Source: an uncultured Bacteroidales bacterium
Lineage (GTDB): Bacteria; Bacteroidota; Bacteroidia; Bacteroidales; JAADJA01
Assembly (NCBI GenBank): GCA_964421215.1
Contig: CAYQWA010000016.1
Location: forward strand, 16,530-80,529
Reading direction: 5' to 3'
Length of the DNA stretch: 64,000 bases
Shown: piece by piece, positions 30,689-40,709 of the stretch
Numbering within the stretch: the stretch's first letter is position 1
How the letters are laid out: the number at the start of each line of letters is the position of its first letter
Position numbers and translations under genes: made by a program
Notes under the pieces: generated by a model
Told to the model about the DNA's origin: nothing
The model's input: the letters and a program-made list of their open reading frames with translations, nothing else
Database searches by the model: none

Positions 30689-30689
30689 C

Positions 30690-31256
30690 TTACTCTTTTA
30701 CTCTTTCAGAATATTCACCTGTCCTGGTATCCACTTTAATCTTTTCACCTTCATTCACAAACAATGGAACTTTTACAGTGGCTCCTGTTTCTACGGTAGC
30801 TTCTTTAAGTGTGTTGGTAGCAGTATTTCCTCTTTCACCTGGCTCAGTATAGGTAATCTCAAGTACAACATATGCCGGCATATCACAGGTTAATGGAGTT
30901 TCCGTATCGGCATGAAACAATATTTCAACATCCTGTCCCTCCTTCAGGAATGGAGGGGCACTTATAATTTCTTCAGGGATAGTTACCTGCTCATAAGTTT
31001 CTCTGTGCATGAAATAGTGTCCCAGATCGTCTTTATACAGGTACTGATATGGCCGTCTTTCAACACGGGCGACATCTACTTTTACCCCGGCAGTAAAAGT
31101 ATGTGGTATCACTCTGCCTGTTTTAAGGCTTTTTAGTTTGGTCCTGACAAAAGCAGGTCCTTTCCCAGGTTTTACATGCTGGAATTCAACGATAGTCATA
31201 AGATCGTGATTCATCTCTATAGTTAGTCCGTTTCTGAAATCAGAAGTTGATGCCAT
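30690..31256 (-). CDS. efp: Elongation factor P
   Basis: [24 protein letters not shown] and VDTRTGEY motifs. Confidence 0.98.
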   Translation of the reverse strand: MASTSDFRNGLTIEMNHDLMTIVEFQHVKPGKGPAFVRTKLKSLKTGRVIPHTFTAGVKVDVARVERRPYQYLYKDDLGHYFMHRETYEQVTIPEEIISAPPFLKEGQDVEILFHADTETPLTCDMPAYVVLEITYTEPGERGNTATNTLKEATVETGATVKVPLFVNEGEKIKVDTRTGEYSERVKE

Positions 31257-31453
31257 GATATAATAATTATATTAAACAAATTGAGATTGCGAAATTAATG
31301 ATTTATAACGGAAGGTTGGTAGTTCATAATAAAAATAATAAAGATCGCTGAATAGCTTATGATCACCCATCAGAATTTTAAGGATGAGAACTCGAGAAAT
31401 AATCAAATGATTACCCGATTCGGGGTAGAGCAATGCTTAAATAGTAAAATGGA

Positions 31454-32263
31454 CTACAAATTCAATGGAGCATTCCCGGCAATTTTTGAGTACCCTTTCA
31501 TGATTCCACGAGTTGATTTTGATATGAAAGAAAGGATCTCATCCCGTTCAGGAGAACTGGGCATGTTGGTCTCTATATACCTAACCGCCTGTGTTACGTT
31601 AAATCCTTTTTTTACATAAAGGTAACGGTAAATGTCCTGGATTTCATTGATGGTTTCGTTTTTTACCCCTCGACGTCTGAGGCCGATGGAATTTACACCT
31701 GCATAGGAAAGTGGTTCTCTTGCTGCTTTGGTAAATGGCGGTACATCTTTACGAACGAGTGATCCTCCGCCAATATAAACATGAGCCCCGATTTTAACGA
31801 ACTGATGCACGGCACAGATCCCTCCTAAAATGGCCCAGTCGCCAATATGAATATGGCCTGCAAGATTGGTAGCATTCCCGAGGATAACATGATCGCCTAT
31901 AAAACAGTCATGGGCAATATGAACATAAGCCATTAAAAGGCAGTCTTCGCCGATAACAGTTTTCCAGCTTTCACTGGTACCTCTGTTAATGGTAACAAAT
32001 TCCCTGATGGTTGTGTTGTCGCCTATCTCCACGATAGTATCTTCACCCTGGTACTTCAGGTCCTGTGGGATAGCACCAATTACAGCTCCCGGAAAGACTT
32101 TGCAATTTTTGCCAATCTTAACGCCCTCCATGATGGTGACATTGGACCCTACCCAGGTGCCCTCACCAATTTCAACATTTCTTTCAATGTTTACAAAGGG
32201 TTCAATAACTGCATTTTTAGCGATCCTTGCCTGAGGATGTACATATGCTAGTGGTTGATTCAT
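31454..32263 (-). CDS. lpxA: Acyl-ACP--UDP-N-acetylglucosamine O-acyltransferase
   Basis: PQDLKY, IREFVTINRGT, HIAHDC and GLRRRG motifs; start reassigned to MNQPLAYVHP at 32263. Confidence 0.96.
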   Translation of the reverse strand: MNQPLAYVHPQARIAKNAVIEPFVNIERNVEIGEGTWVGSNVTIMEGVKIGKNCKVFPGAVIGAIPQDLKYQGEDTIVEIGDNTTIREFVTINRGTSESWKTVIGEDCLLMAYVHIAHDCFIGDHVILGNATNLAGHIHIGDWAILGGICAVHQFVKIGAHVYIGGGSLVRKDVPPFTKAAREPLSYAGVNSIGLRRRGVKNETINEIQDIYRYLYVKKGFNVTQAVRYIETNMPSSPERDEILSFISKSTRGIMKGYSKIAGNAPLNL

Positions 32264-32273
32264 GTTTTTGGTT

Positions 32274-33674
32274 TTATGAGTTTGGCTTTTTTGATATCTG
32301 GGCAAGCATTTCGGCTTCAATTACCGGTTTATTATTTACATAGCCGACTCCACGCATATGACATAATCCGCGACGAATCGGAGACAGAAGTGTTAAACTG
32401 AATACTAGGGTATCACCGGGAACTACTTTATTCCTGAATTTAACATTCTCGATCTTAAGAAAAAAAGTAAGGTAGCTTTTAGGATCTTCAACTGTGTTTA
32501 GTGTAAAGATTCCACCAACCTGTGCCATGGCCTCAATTTGAAGAACCCCTGGCATTACGGGTTCATCAGGAAAATGTCCAACAAAAAAATCTTCGTTCAT
32601 GGTAACGTTTTTTACACCAATTACGTGCTGGTCGTCCATGTCAATAATTTTGTCTACTAGTAAAAAGGGAGGCCGGTGCGGCAATACTTTTTTAATCCCG
32701 TTTATATCGAAGATGGGTTTCTTCGACAGATCAAATGGGGGATTAAACCTGTTTTTCTCTTTTTCCACGATATATTGTTTTATAATTTTTGCAAATTCAA
32801 CATTGGCTTTATGCCCCGGCCTTCTGGCAATGATATGTGCCTTTATAGGAATTCCTGTAAGTGAAAGATCTCCGACCACATCCAATAATTTATGACGGGC
32901 AGGTTCATTTTCAAAATAAAGGTCAAGGTTGTTTAATATTCCCTTGTTCAAAACTTTTACTGTAGGCTTATTAAATAATTTTGCCAGTCTGTCCAGTTCT
33001 TCCTGCGATACCTGTCGGTTAACAAACACTATGGCATTGCTTAAATCTCCTCCTTTGATCAGGTTGTTTTGCAAAAGGAACTCCAATTCGTGCAGGAATA
33101 CAAAAGTTCTGCATTTAGAAATCTCAGTATTGAAATCTTCCATGGATTCCAAAACCGCATTTTGCGTTGACAAGACCTCAGTTTCAAAGTTGATCATGAC
33201 CGACACTTTAAAGTCATCGGCTGGGATTGCCATGAGCTCAACTTTGTTATCAGGATCTGAATAAGTAAGCACTTTATCAAGCTCAAAGAATTTTTTATCG
33301 GCCTCTTGCTCAACTATTTCTGTAGATTGGAGTGCTTCAGTGAAATACTTTGAACTGCCATCTTTGATCGGGGTTTCAAGTCCGTCGATCTCAACAATTG
33401 CATTGTCGATACCCATACCGCACAACGCGGCCATCACGTGCTCAACTGTAGATATCTGTCCGCCATTAGCTTCAAGGGTAGTACCCCGGTTGGTTTCCAC
33501 AACATAATCACAGTTTGCCGGGATAATTGGCTTTCCTTCGAGATCAATTCGTTGAAAAGATATTCCTGATCCGGCAGGGGCAGGCTTAAAAGTTATGTTA
33601 ACGTCTACACCTGTATGCAAACCTCTACCTGAAACGCTAACCGGAGTTGAAATAGTTTTTTGTTTTTCGCTCAT
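32274..33674 (-). CDS. lpxC-fabZ: Bifunctional LpxC/FabZ
   Basis: GLHTG, TVEH and HKLLD (LpxC); LPHRPPFLLVD and GHFPDEPVMPGVLQIE (FabZ); promoter TATATTTG at 33688-33695 (-). Confidence 0.97.
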   Translation of the reverse strand: MSEKQKTISTPVSVSGRGLHTGVDVNITFKPAPAGSGISFQRIDLEGKPIIPANCDYVVETNRGTTLEANGGQISTVEHVMAALCGMGIDNAIVEIDGLETPIKDGSSKYFTEALQSTEIVEQEADKKFFELDKVLTYSDPDNKVELMAIPADDFKVSVMINFETEVLSTQNAVLESMEDFNTEISKCRTFVFLHELEFLLQNNLIKGGDLSNAIVFVNRQVSQEELDRLAKLFNKPTVKVLNKGILNNLDLYFENEPARHKLLDVVGDLSLTGIPIKAHIIARRPGHKANVEFAKIIKQYIVEKEKNRFNPPFDLSKKPIFDINGIKKVLPHRPPFLLVDKIIDMDDQHVIGVKNVTMNEDFFVGHFPDEPVMPGVLQIEAMAQVGGIFTLNTVEDPKSYLTFFLKIENVKFRNKVVPGDTLVFSLTLLSPIRRGLCHMRGVGYVNNKPVIEAEMLAQISKKPNS

Positions 33675-33867
33675 AATAGTTCGGCGGCAAATATAAATAT
33701 ATTTCGATAATTAAAGTTGTTAATTCTCAATTGATCCATGCATAACAGGCAGGGAACAGCAATAACAGTAAGAAACATTTGGTAAGACAGGCACATGAAC
33801 GAAAATAACCGTTCAATATTTTGATGGTACTACATTGATTTCAATATGCAATGGAAAGTTGCAATCG

Positions 33868-34899
33868 TTATTCCAGCTCTTTGATGCGCTTTTCCAGTTC
33901 ATCAATCTTCAGTTTCATATTGTGCAGGTTGCGGAAATGAACATAGGATTTCCTGTAGGTGCTGATGTCAAAGGCAGGTGATCCCTGCACAATTTCACCC
34001 TTTTTGGTTAAACTCTTTCCTATTCCGGATTGAGCTGCAATTTTAACTTCATCAGCAATGGTTAAATGATTTACAATTCCAACCTGACCTCCAATCATAC
34101 AGTTCTTCCCGATTTTTGTGGATCCTGATATTCCGGTCTGTGCACTGATTACTGTATTTTCTCCAAGCTCAACATTATGCGCGATCTGAATGAGATTATC
34201 CAGCTTAACTCCTTTACAGATAATAGTAGAACCCATAGTAGCCCTGTCGATGGTTGTATTTGCCCCGATCTCAACATCATCTTCGATAATAACATTTCCA
34301 ATCTGTGCAATTTTTTTGTAATTGCCGTCTTCTTGGGGAGCAAATCCAAATCCATCACTACCGATAACTGCTCCGGAATGTAAGATGCAATTATTACCGA
34401 TAACAATATCGGAATATATATTTACGCCGGCAAACAATGTTGTATTTGCTCCAACTTTTGAGTTTTCTCCAATAAAAACCCGACCGTAAATCTTAGCATT
34501 ATCGCCAATAACAACATTTTTACTGATGACTGCAAGTTCACCGATATAAACATTCTTACCAATTTTAGCCTCAGGATCAATGGAGGCATTGGCTGCAATT
34601 CCTGTTTTATTGAGTTTAATTGTATTATACACTTCCAGCAATTTGGCAAAAGCAGAATAGGCATCCTCAACAACAACAAGGGTAGGATTAACATTTTCCT
34701 CAATCTCTATTTCCTGGCTTACAAGTACAATGGATGCTTTGGTTTCAAAAATGTAGTGTTTGTATTTGGGATTGGCCAAAAAACTGATGGTACCGGGTTT
34801 TCCTTCTTCAATTTTTGAAACATAGGAAACTGTTGAGTCAGGATCTCCAATGATCTTTCCGTCAATAATTTCTGCTATTTGTCGGGCTGAAAACTCCAT
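33868..34899 (-). CDS. lpxD: UDP-3-O-(3-hydroxyacyl)glucosamine N-acyltransferase
   Basis: FLANPKY, DGFGF and DNLIQIAHNV motifs. Start reassigned to MEFSARQ (34899) because a -7 box at 34927-34934 overlaps the longer start. Confidence 0.96.
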   Translation of the reverse strand: MEFSARQIAEIIDGKIIGDPDSTVSYVSKIEEGKPGTISFLANPKYKHYIFETKASIVLVSQEIEIEENVNPTLVVVEDAYSAFAKLLEVYNTIKLNKTGIAANASIDPEAKIGKNVYIGELAVISKNVVIGDNAKIYGRVFIGENSKVGANTTLFAGVNIYSDIVIGNNCILHSGAVIGSDGFGFAPQEDGNYKKIAQIGNVIIEDDVEIGANTTIDRATMGSTIICKGVKLDNLIQIAHNVELGENTVISAQTGISGSTKIGKNCMIGGQVGIVNHLTIADEVKIAAQSGIGKSLTKKGEIVQGSPAFDISTYRKSYVHFRNLHNMKLKIDELEKRIKELE

Positions 34900-34967
34900 A
34901 AAATGCTGTTTATTATTAAGATGTGACAAAAGTAAATAAATTTCATCCTGTTTCGAAATCCTTTGTC

Positions 34968-36203
34968 TTAATTATTAACAAGCTTTGGATAACAAATGAA
35001 ATGTTTGGTTACTGGTTTTGAAGAAGTAAAGTTGGTAAACTGGTCGGAAGCTTCGGTCAGATCCAGGATTTTTCCTTCGTTGGTCATTATATTGATGGTA
35101 TCCGCTCCATAATTGTAGAAATAGTTTGAAGTGGTATCACTGATAAAGAAATATTTCAGATCTTCCTGAGTTATCTTCATTGTTTCCGAGATCCGCTGCT
35201 GGGTTTGTTCGATATAAAAATAGTCGAAAGGCTCAGGCTGAATTTCGCACCTGAACAACTTCCTGTTTACTATAGCATTACAAAGATGGCTGAGTATGAT
35301 GTCGCTGTGGTTTGACCAGACTTTGATGGCAGATAAGATGTCAACATCATCCAGCTTGGCAAAATGTTTTAATACGTCGGGATTTTCTTCCAGGTCTACA
35401 ATGCTGATTTCATTTTCAAGGAAAAATGCAAGTGCAGGAGTTGCGAAAAGTTTTTCGCCCGATTGGCTCAGGTATTTTGCTCGCTCAAGAATTTTAATGA
35501 GCATGGTTTCAGCCGAAAGTACAGCTTTATGAAGGTAAACCTGCCAGTACATGATCCTCCGTGCCACAATAAATTTTTCGATGGAATAAATCCCTTTAGC
35601 TTCCACAAGGAGATTTCCGTTTGCTACATTCAGCATTTTAATAATTCTTTGTGTCCCGATAACTCCTTCGGAAACCCCAGTGAAGAAACTATCCCGGGTA
35701 AGGTAATCCAGCCGGTCAACATCAAGCTGGCTGCTAACCAGTTGAGAAAGAAAAACCTTTGTGTACTGGTTATTGAAAATCTTTATACCCAATTCCAGTT
35801 TGCCATCAAATTCCTGGTTAAGCTTATCCATCATGTGCCTGGATATTATTTCATGATTAATGTTACTGATCAATGAATGTTCCAGTGCATGTGAAAATGG
35901 CCCATGTCCAATGTCGTGAAGTAAGATGGCAATAATTGCTCCCTGACGTTCTTCATCATTTATTTTGTTTCCTTTTCGTCGCAAAGCATTCAATGTCTCC
36001 TGCATGAGGTGCATAGCTCCCAGGGAATGATGAAACCTGGTGTGCAATGCTCCGGGATAAACCAGATGGGTAAGACCAAGTTGTTTAATCCTTCTCAAGC
36101 GCTGAAACCAGGGATGTTCGATGATATCAAAAGTAAGTTCACTGGGAATGTTGATAAACCCATAAACAGGATCATTAATAATTTTGCGCTTGTTCTGAAT
36201 CAA
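34968..36203 (-). CDS. HD-domain phosphohydrolase (SAMHD1/YwfO-like dNTP triphosphohydrolase family)
   Basis: QRLRRIKQLG, HTRFHHSLG, HDIGHGPFSH and DVDRLDY motifs; promoter TATCTTTG at 36223-36230 (-). Confidence 0.9.
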   Translation of the reverse strand: MIQNKRKIINDPVYGFINIPSELTFDIIEHPWFQRLRRIKQLGLTHLVYPGALHTRFHHSLGAMHLMQETLNALRRKGNKINDEERQGAIIAILLHDIGHGPFSHALEHSLISNINHEIISRHMMDKLNQEFDGKLELGIKIFNNQYTKVFLSQLVSSQLDVDRLDYLTRDSFFTGVSEGVIGTQRIIKMLNVANGNLLVEAKGIYSIEKFIVARRIMYWQVYLHKAVLSAETMLIKILERAKYLSQSGEKLFATPALAFFLENEISIVDLEENPDVLKHFAKLDDVDILSAIKVWSNHSDIILSHLCNAIVNRKLFRCEIQPEPFDYFYIEQTQQRISETMKITQEDLKYFFISDTTSNYFYNYGADTINIMTNEGKILDLTEASDQFTNFTSSKPVTKHFICYPKLVNN

Positions 36204-36294
36204 GTTTAATTAATTTTATTGACAAAGATAATATTACCTGCCAAATCCAAAATCCAATACCCGGAACTTCAAACTTCGAACCAAGAACAAACAT

Positions 36295-36367
36295 CTAGTT
36301 GTTTTCCGCTAATTTTATTTTTCGCTGAAAACAGTGATGTTTTTGTGAAAGCACGAAAGTATTTTTA
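36295..36367 (+). promoter_or_regulatory. Promoter with upstream bipartite inverted-repeat operator (copy 2)
   Basis: CTAGTTGTTTTCCGC-N14-GCTGAAAACAGTGATG-N20-TATTTTTA. Confidence 0.6.
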
Positions 36368-36371
36368 CCAA

Positions 36372-36501
36372 CTCAATTTTAGACGAATTTCAACATAGAA
36401 AGGCAATGCCTGATTAATAACACTCTCAATTGAGGAAAGGCCCCTTTAATATAGTTGGTTTTTCCTGTAGTGAATCGCAGCTTCGGCTGCGATTTTTTTT
36501 T
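36372..36501 (+). ncRNA. Candidate small RNA (~130 nt) upstream of porX
   Basis: Lies between a -7-like box (36360-36367) and a strong terminator; no ORF; porX has its own downstream promoter. Confidence 0.5.
36473..36501 (+). terminator. Intrinsic terminator with cUUCGg loop
   Basis: AATCGCAGC-TTCG-GCTGCGATT followed by a T run. Confidence 0.88.
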
Positions 36502-36531
36502 CTAAACAATAAATATTGAAAAAACCCTTTA

Positions 36532-36539
36532 TACCTTTG
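36532..36539 (+). promoter_or_regulatory. -7 promoter box of porX
   Basis: TACCTTTG, a perfect TAnnTTTG match. Confidence 0.7.
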
Positions 36540-36702
36540 TACCGGTTTATTAATTATCGAATTTCACATAAGGAAAAAGTACTTTTATGTAAAACTCTAC
36601 CCTCTGTTGCGGGTAAAATACCCGGATCATTGAACTGACAATGAGCAAAGAACTGTTGGAGAAGGTCAGTAAATAAATCACAAAAAACTAAAATTTACAT
36701 TT

Positions 36703-38256
36703 ATGGAGAACATAAGCATTTTATGGGTTGATGATGAAATTGATGTGCTAAGGCCACATATTTTATTCCTGGAACAAAAAGGTTACCAGGTGGATGTTTC
36801 AAACAACGGTTCGGAGGCACTCGATATGGTTAAAAGTACACCTTATGATATTATTTTCCTTGATGAACAAATGCCTGGCTTATCAGGTATTGAAACCCTG
36901 GAACTGATCAAAGTGGATTATCCGAATCTGCCAGTGGTGATGATAACAAAGAGTGAAGAAGAAACCATTATGGAGGATGCCATTGGATCCAATATTGCAG
37001 ATTATCTCATCAAACCAGTGAACCCAAAACAAATATTGCTGAGCCTAAAAAAGAACCTGGAAGATAAAAAGCTGCGCAGTGAAAAAAGCACAACTCAATA
37101 CCAGCAAGCATTCAGCCAATTAGGCATGCGAATTTCTCCGGGATTGGACCACCATGAATGGGCAGATATCTACAAGCAACTTGTACGCTGGGAATTAAAA
37201 CTTGAAAAGTCAGACGATCCCGGTATCAAGGAAGTACTTAACATGCAGAAAACGGAAGCCAACCAGGTATTTTCTAAATTCATCGAAAGGAATTATTACG
37301 ATTGGATCAATGGTAAAACGGATAACCGACCTGTATTGTCCCATACATTGTTGAAAGAAAAATTGTTTCCCAACCTGAGTGATCATAAGCCAACATTTCT
37401 GATCTTAATTGATAACCTTCGCTACGACCAGTGGAAGACTATCCAACCTGTAATTGAAGATGGCTTTCGTGTAAAAAACGATGAGATATTTTTCAGCATA
37501 TTACCAACTGTTACACAATATGCACGTAATGCTATGTTTTCAGGACTGATGCCTGCTGAAATTCAACGAAAATATCCCCAGTATTGGACTGGAGAGGACG
37601 AGGAAGGGACCAAAAATCAATTTGAGGATAAGTTATTGGATGAATACCTAAAGCGGTACGGAAAAAATATTAAAACCAGTTATACCAAAGTTTTAAATCT
37701 GAATGTAGGACGGAAATTGGTGGATAATCTTCCGAACCTCATGAACAACAACCTGAATGTCATTGTCTATAATTTTGTGGATATGTTGTCGCATGCCAGG
37801 ACTGAAATGGAGATCATCAGGGAACTAGCTGATGATGAGCCCGCTTACAGGTCGCTTAGCCTGTCGTGGTTTCAGCACTCACCTTTACGTGATATTCTGA
37901 ACTACATAAGTGAGAAGAAAGCAAATGTGGTGATCACAACAGATCATGGTTCTGTTCGGGTAGGCGATCCTGTGAAAGTACTTGGCGACAGGAATACCAA
38001 TACCAACCTGAGGTATAAAATCGGGAGATCATTGCAGTATAAAGCAAAGGAGGTTTATGAAGTTCGTAATCCGGATGACATTTATCTTCCACGGCTTAAT
38101 GTCAGTTCGTCTTATATTTTTTGCCGGACAAATGATTTTTTCGCTTATCCCAACAACTACAACTATTATGTTAATTATTACAGGAACACGTTCCAGCATG
38201 GCGGAATTTCTATGGAGGAAGTGATGATTCCTTATATTGAGTTAACTGCGAAATAG
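36703..38256 (+). CDS. porX: T9SS response regulator PorX (REC + PglZ domain)
   Basis: WVDDE...LDEQMPG...KP receiver domain; PglZ motifs IDNLRYDQW, TTDHG and FQHGGIS; conserved Bacteroidota synteny with HD-lpxD and tsaE. Confidence 0.93.
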   Translation: MENISILWVDDEIDVLRPHILFLEQKGYQVDVSNNGSEALDMVKSTPYDIIFLDEQMPGLSGIETLELIKVDYPNLPVVMITKSEEETIMEDAIGSNIADYLIKPVNPKQILLSLKKNLEDKKLRSEKSTTQYQQAFSQLGMRISPGLDHHEWADIYKQLVRWELKLEKSDDPGIKEVLNMQKTEANQVFSKFIERNYYDWINGKTDNRPVLSHTLLKEKLFPNLSDHKPTFLILIDNLRYDQWKTIQPVIEDGFRVKNDEIFFSILPTVTQYARNAMFSGLMPAEIQRKYPQYWTGEDEEGTKNQFEDKLLDEYLKRYGKNIKTSYTKVLNLNVGRKLVDNLPNLMNNNLNVIVYNFVDMLSHARTEMEIIRELADDEPAYRSLSLSWFQHSPLRDILNYISEKKANVVITTDHGSVRVGDPVKVLGDRNTNTNLRYKIGRSLQYKAKEVYEVRNPDDIYLPRLNVSSSYIFCRTNDFFAYPNNYNYYVNYYRNTFQHGGISMEEVMIPYIELTAK

Positions 38257-38272
38257 GTTTGAATGGAATTAA

Positions 38273-38290
38273 TCCTGATAGCTATCGGGA
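38273..38290. repeat. REP-like palindrome TCCTGATAGCTATCGGGA
   Basis: Near-perfect 18 bp palindrome 16 nt after the porX stop. Confidence 0.55.
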
Positions 38291-38414
38291 GGTATCAATG
38301 GTAAATAGATGGACTATTAAATCGGTGATTTAGAAAATAGGTGAAATTGTAAATAGATTAATAAGTTGATTAGTAAAAAATTCAGCCATTAGACTGGATG
38401 AGATTGACAGTAAT

Positions 38415-38828
38415 ATGGAAATTATTTGCAAAAGTACAGATCAGTTAAGGGATGTAGCAAATGCACTTCTTCATGCATATCCCGACAACAGGATATTTGC
38501 AATGTATGGAGACATGGGTGCAGGAAAAACTACCTTTATAAAGGCATTGTGTGAAGTATTGCAAGTTGAGGATGTCATCTCCAGCCCTACATTTGCCATT
38601 GTGAATGTATACAGTACCATTGACAACGACCAGGTAAACCACTTCGATTTTTACAGGGTGAAAAAGCACGAAGAGGTTTTTGACATTGGATATGAAGATT
38701 ACTTCTTTAGTGGAGATTATTGTTTTCTTGAATGGCCGGAGATCATTGAGACCCTTTTGCCGGCCGATACAGTTAATGTAACAATAACCGTAAATGAGAC
38801 AGATAATTCCAGGCTGATCTCATTTTAG
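38415..38828 (+). CDS. tsaE: tRNA threonylcarbamoyladenosine biosynthesis ATPase
   Basis: GDMGAGKTT, SSPTF, HFDFYR and EWPE motifs. Confidence 0.97.
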   Translation: MEIICKSTDQLRDVANALLHAYPDNRIFAMYGDMGAGKTTFIKALCEVLQVEDVISSPTFAIVNVYSTIDNDQVNHFDFYRVKKHEEVFDIGYEDYFFSGDYCFLEWPEIIETLLPADTVNVTITVNETDNSRLISF

Positions 38829-38937
38829 CATTTTCATATATTTTTCCTTCAGGAATTTGAGGCTGCAAAAATTCGTTTGCGTTTTATCCCTATGTTTTAT
38901 ATTTTTAGAGCAGATTTCTACCCCTCAAAAATTCAAC

Positions 38938-40158
38938 ATGGCAGAACAAAACGGATTCTTAAAATACTCGGATGGCGAAAAACTTTTGCCCCAGGAGGAA
39001 ATCCTGGATTTTGATGTTAAAAAAAGCAATCTTACCATTGGTGTACCCAGGGAAATTTCTTTCCAGGAATGTCGTATACCACTTGCCCCACAGGCAGTTG
39101 GGCTTTTGGTTGCCAACGGCCACCGTATTTTAATTGAAAAGGATGCAGGTAAACTGGCCCATTTTAAGGAAGAAGAGTTTAGTGAAGTAGGAGCTGAGAT
39201 TGTGTATTCCCGTGAAGAGGTTTACCAGGCAGATATCGTATTGAAAGTTGCACCTCCTTCTTTTGATGAAGTTGAGCTGATGAAATCCCGTCAAACAATA
39301 CTATCATCCCTGCATCTTGCAGGACAAAGCCGCGAGTATTTTGAAAAATTGATGGCCAAAAAAATCACCGCCATCGGATTTGAGTTTGTGAAAGATAAAG
39401 AAGGATCATTTCCTATAATCCGGTCGATGAGTGAGATTGTTGGAGCAGCATCCATTTTTATTGCTAACGAATACCTTCAAAATCCGGAATATGGAAAAGG
39501 CATACTCATTGGAGGATTTCCCGGGATATCACCTACAGAGGTTGTTATACTGGGATCAGGCACAGTTGCTGAATACGCTGCACGTGCTGCACTTGGAATG
39601 GGAGCAACAGTGAAGGTATTTGATAATTCCATCTATAAATTGCGAAGGTTGCAAAATATGATGGATACCAGGATATTCACTTCAATTATCCAGCCTAAAG
39701 TCCTTTCCAAAGCCCTGCGAACCGCTGATGTTGCAATTGGGGCTGTCCATTCTACCGAAGGAATGACTCCTTGCTTAGTAACAGAGGAGATGGTTCAAAA
39801 CATGAAGTTCGGTTCGGTTATAATTGATGTTAGTATTGACCAGGGGGGCTGTTTCGAAACATCCAGGGTCACAAATCATAATGAACCAGTATTTAAAAAG
39901 CACGATGTAACCCACTATTGTGTTCCTAATATTGCCTCAAATATACCCCATACGGCAAGTTATGCATTGAGCAATTTCTTTACCCCAATATTACTGAAGG
40001 TTGGCGATATTGGCGGAGTTGAAAAAATGCTTCGTCTTGACTACGGATTGAGACAAGGAACCTATCTTTTTAACGGAACGCTAACCAAACCCTACATCGG
40101 TGAATATTTTACATTGCCCTACCAGGATATTGAGCTATTGATTGCGGCATTCAGGTAG
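38938..40158 (+). CDS. ald: Alanine dehydrogenase family protein
   Basis: IGVPRE...ECR, VLKV, LHL, MSEIVG, DVSIDQGG and HYCVPN motifs; start reassigned to MAEQ at 38938. Confidence 0.88.
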   Translation: MAEQNGFLKYSDGEKLLPQEEILDFDVKKSNLTIGVPREISFQECRIPLAPQAVGLLVANGHRILIEKDAGKLAHFKEEEFSEVGAEIVYSREEVYQADIVLKVAPPSFDEVELMKSRQTILSSLHLAGQSREYFEKLMAKKITAIGFEFVKDKEGSFPIIRSMSEIVGAASIFIANEYLQNPEYGKGILIGGFPGISPTEVVILGSGTVAEYAARAALGMGATVKVFDNSIYKLRRLQNMMDTRIFTSIIQPKVLSKALRTADVAIGAVHSTEGMTPCLVTEEMVQNMKFGSVIIDVSIDQGGCFETSRVTNHNEPVFKKHDVTHYCVPNIASNIPHTASYALSNFFTPILLKVGDIGGVEKMLRLDYGLRQGTYLFNGTLTKPYIGEYFTLPYQDIELLIAAFR

Positions 40159-40636
40159 TTAAGGGTTCTGTGTTCCGGGTTATGGGTTCATGTTTTGGAT
40201 TATCAAGAAATTTTTTCAGGTTATTTTGGATGAAGTATTCCCAGCCTTGTGTGCAACTTTCCCTTGAAAACTCCGGAATATCTTCAGGAAAAGATTCAAG
40301 GCCTTCGTTAGTTACCCGGAGTAATGTTTGATTTTCCTTTTCAAATAGCTCAAATATCACGAAACCAACTCCTTCATACTCTTCGTAGCTCCAGTGATAC
40401 TTGATCTTTTTGTTGTTAATCACCTCAAGAATTCTCCACACATGGGTAAAGATCCTTTTTCCTGAACTAACCTTAAACCGTGTGTTAAATCCAACCTCCG
40501 ACTTAAAATCAGGAATGTTGTTAAAGAACCATTGGATCATTTGTTTATGGTTGGTAAGGGCATCCCATACTGGCTGAAGTGGCATATTGAAAGATTGTTC
40601 AACGGTAATTGGGGGGTGATGCTTATTGCTTTTCAT
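40151..40636 (-). CDS. SRPBCC/AHSA1 (START-like) domain protein
   Basis: VWDALT...QWF...GWEYF pattern. The C-terminal tail is encoded by a degenerate heptamer repeat tract. Confidence 0.85.
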   Translation of the reverse strand: MKSNKHHPPITVEQSFNMPLQPVWDALTNHKQMIQWFFNNIPDFKSEVGFNTRFKVSSGKRIFTHVWRILEVINNKKIKYHWSYEEYEGVGFVIFELFEKENQTLLRVTNEGLESFPEDIPEFSRESCTQGWEYFIQNNLKKFLDNPKHEPITRNTEPLTT

Positions 40637-40709
40637 GAGTGTTTTTTAGTTAGGTGGATTAACAGTAAAATAATAAGCTACAATGATGCATTTAATATTC
40701 TGTTGTTTT

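Noticed and set aside
36703-38256. PglZ domain as a sign of BREX defence
   Set aside because: The REC-PglZ architecture and synteny identify it as PorX; no other brx genes are present
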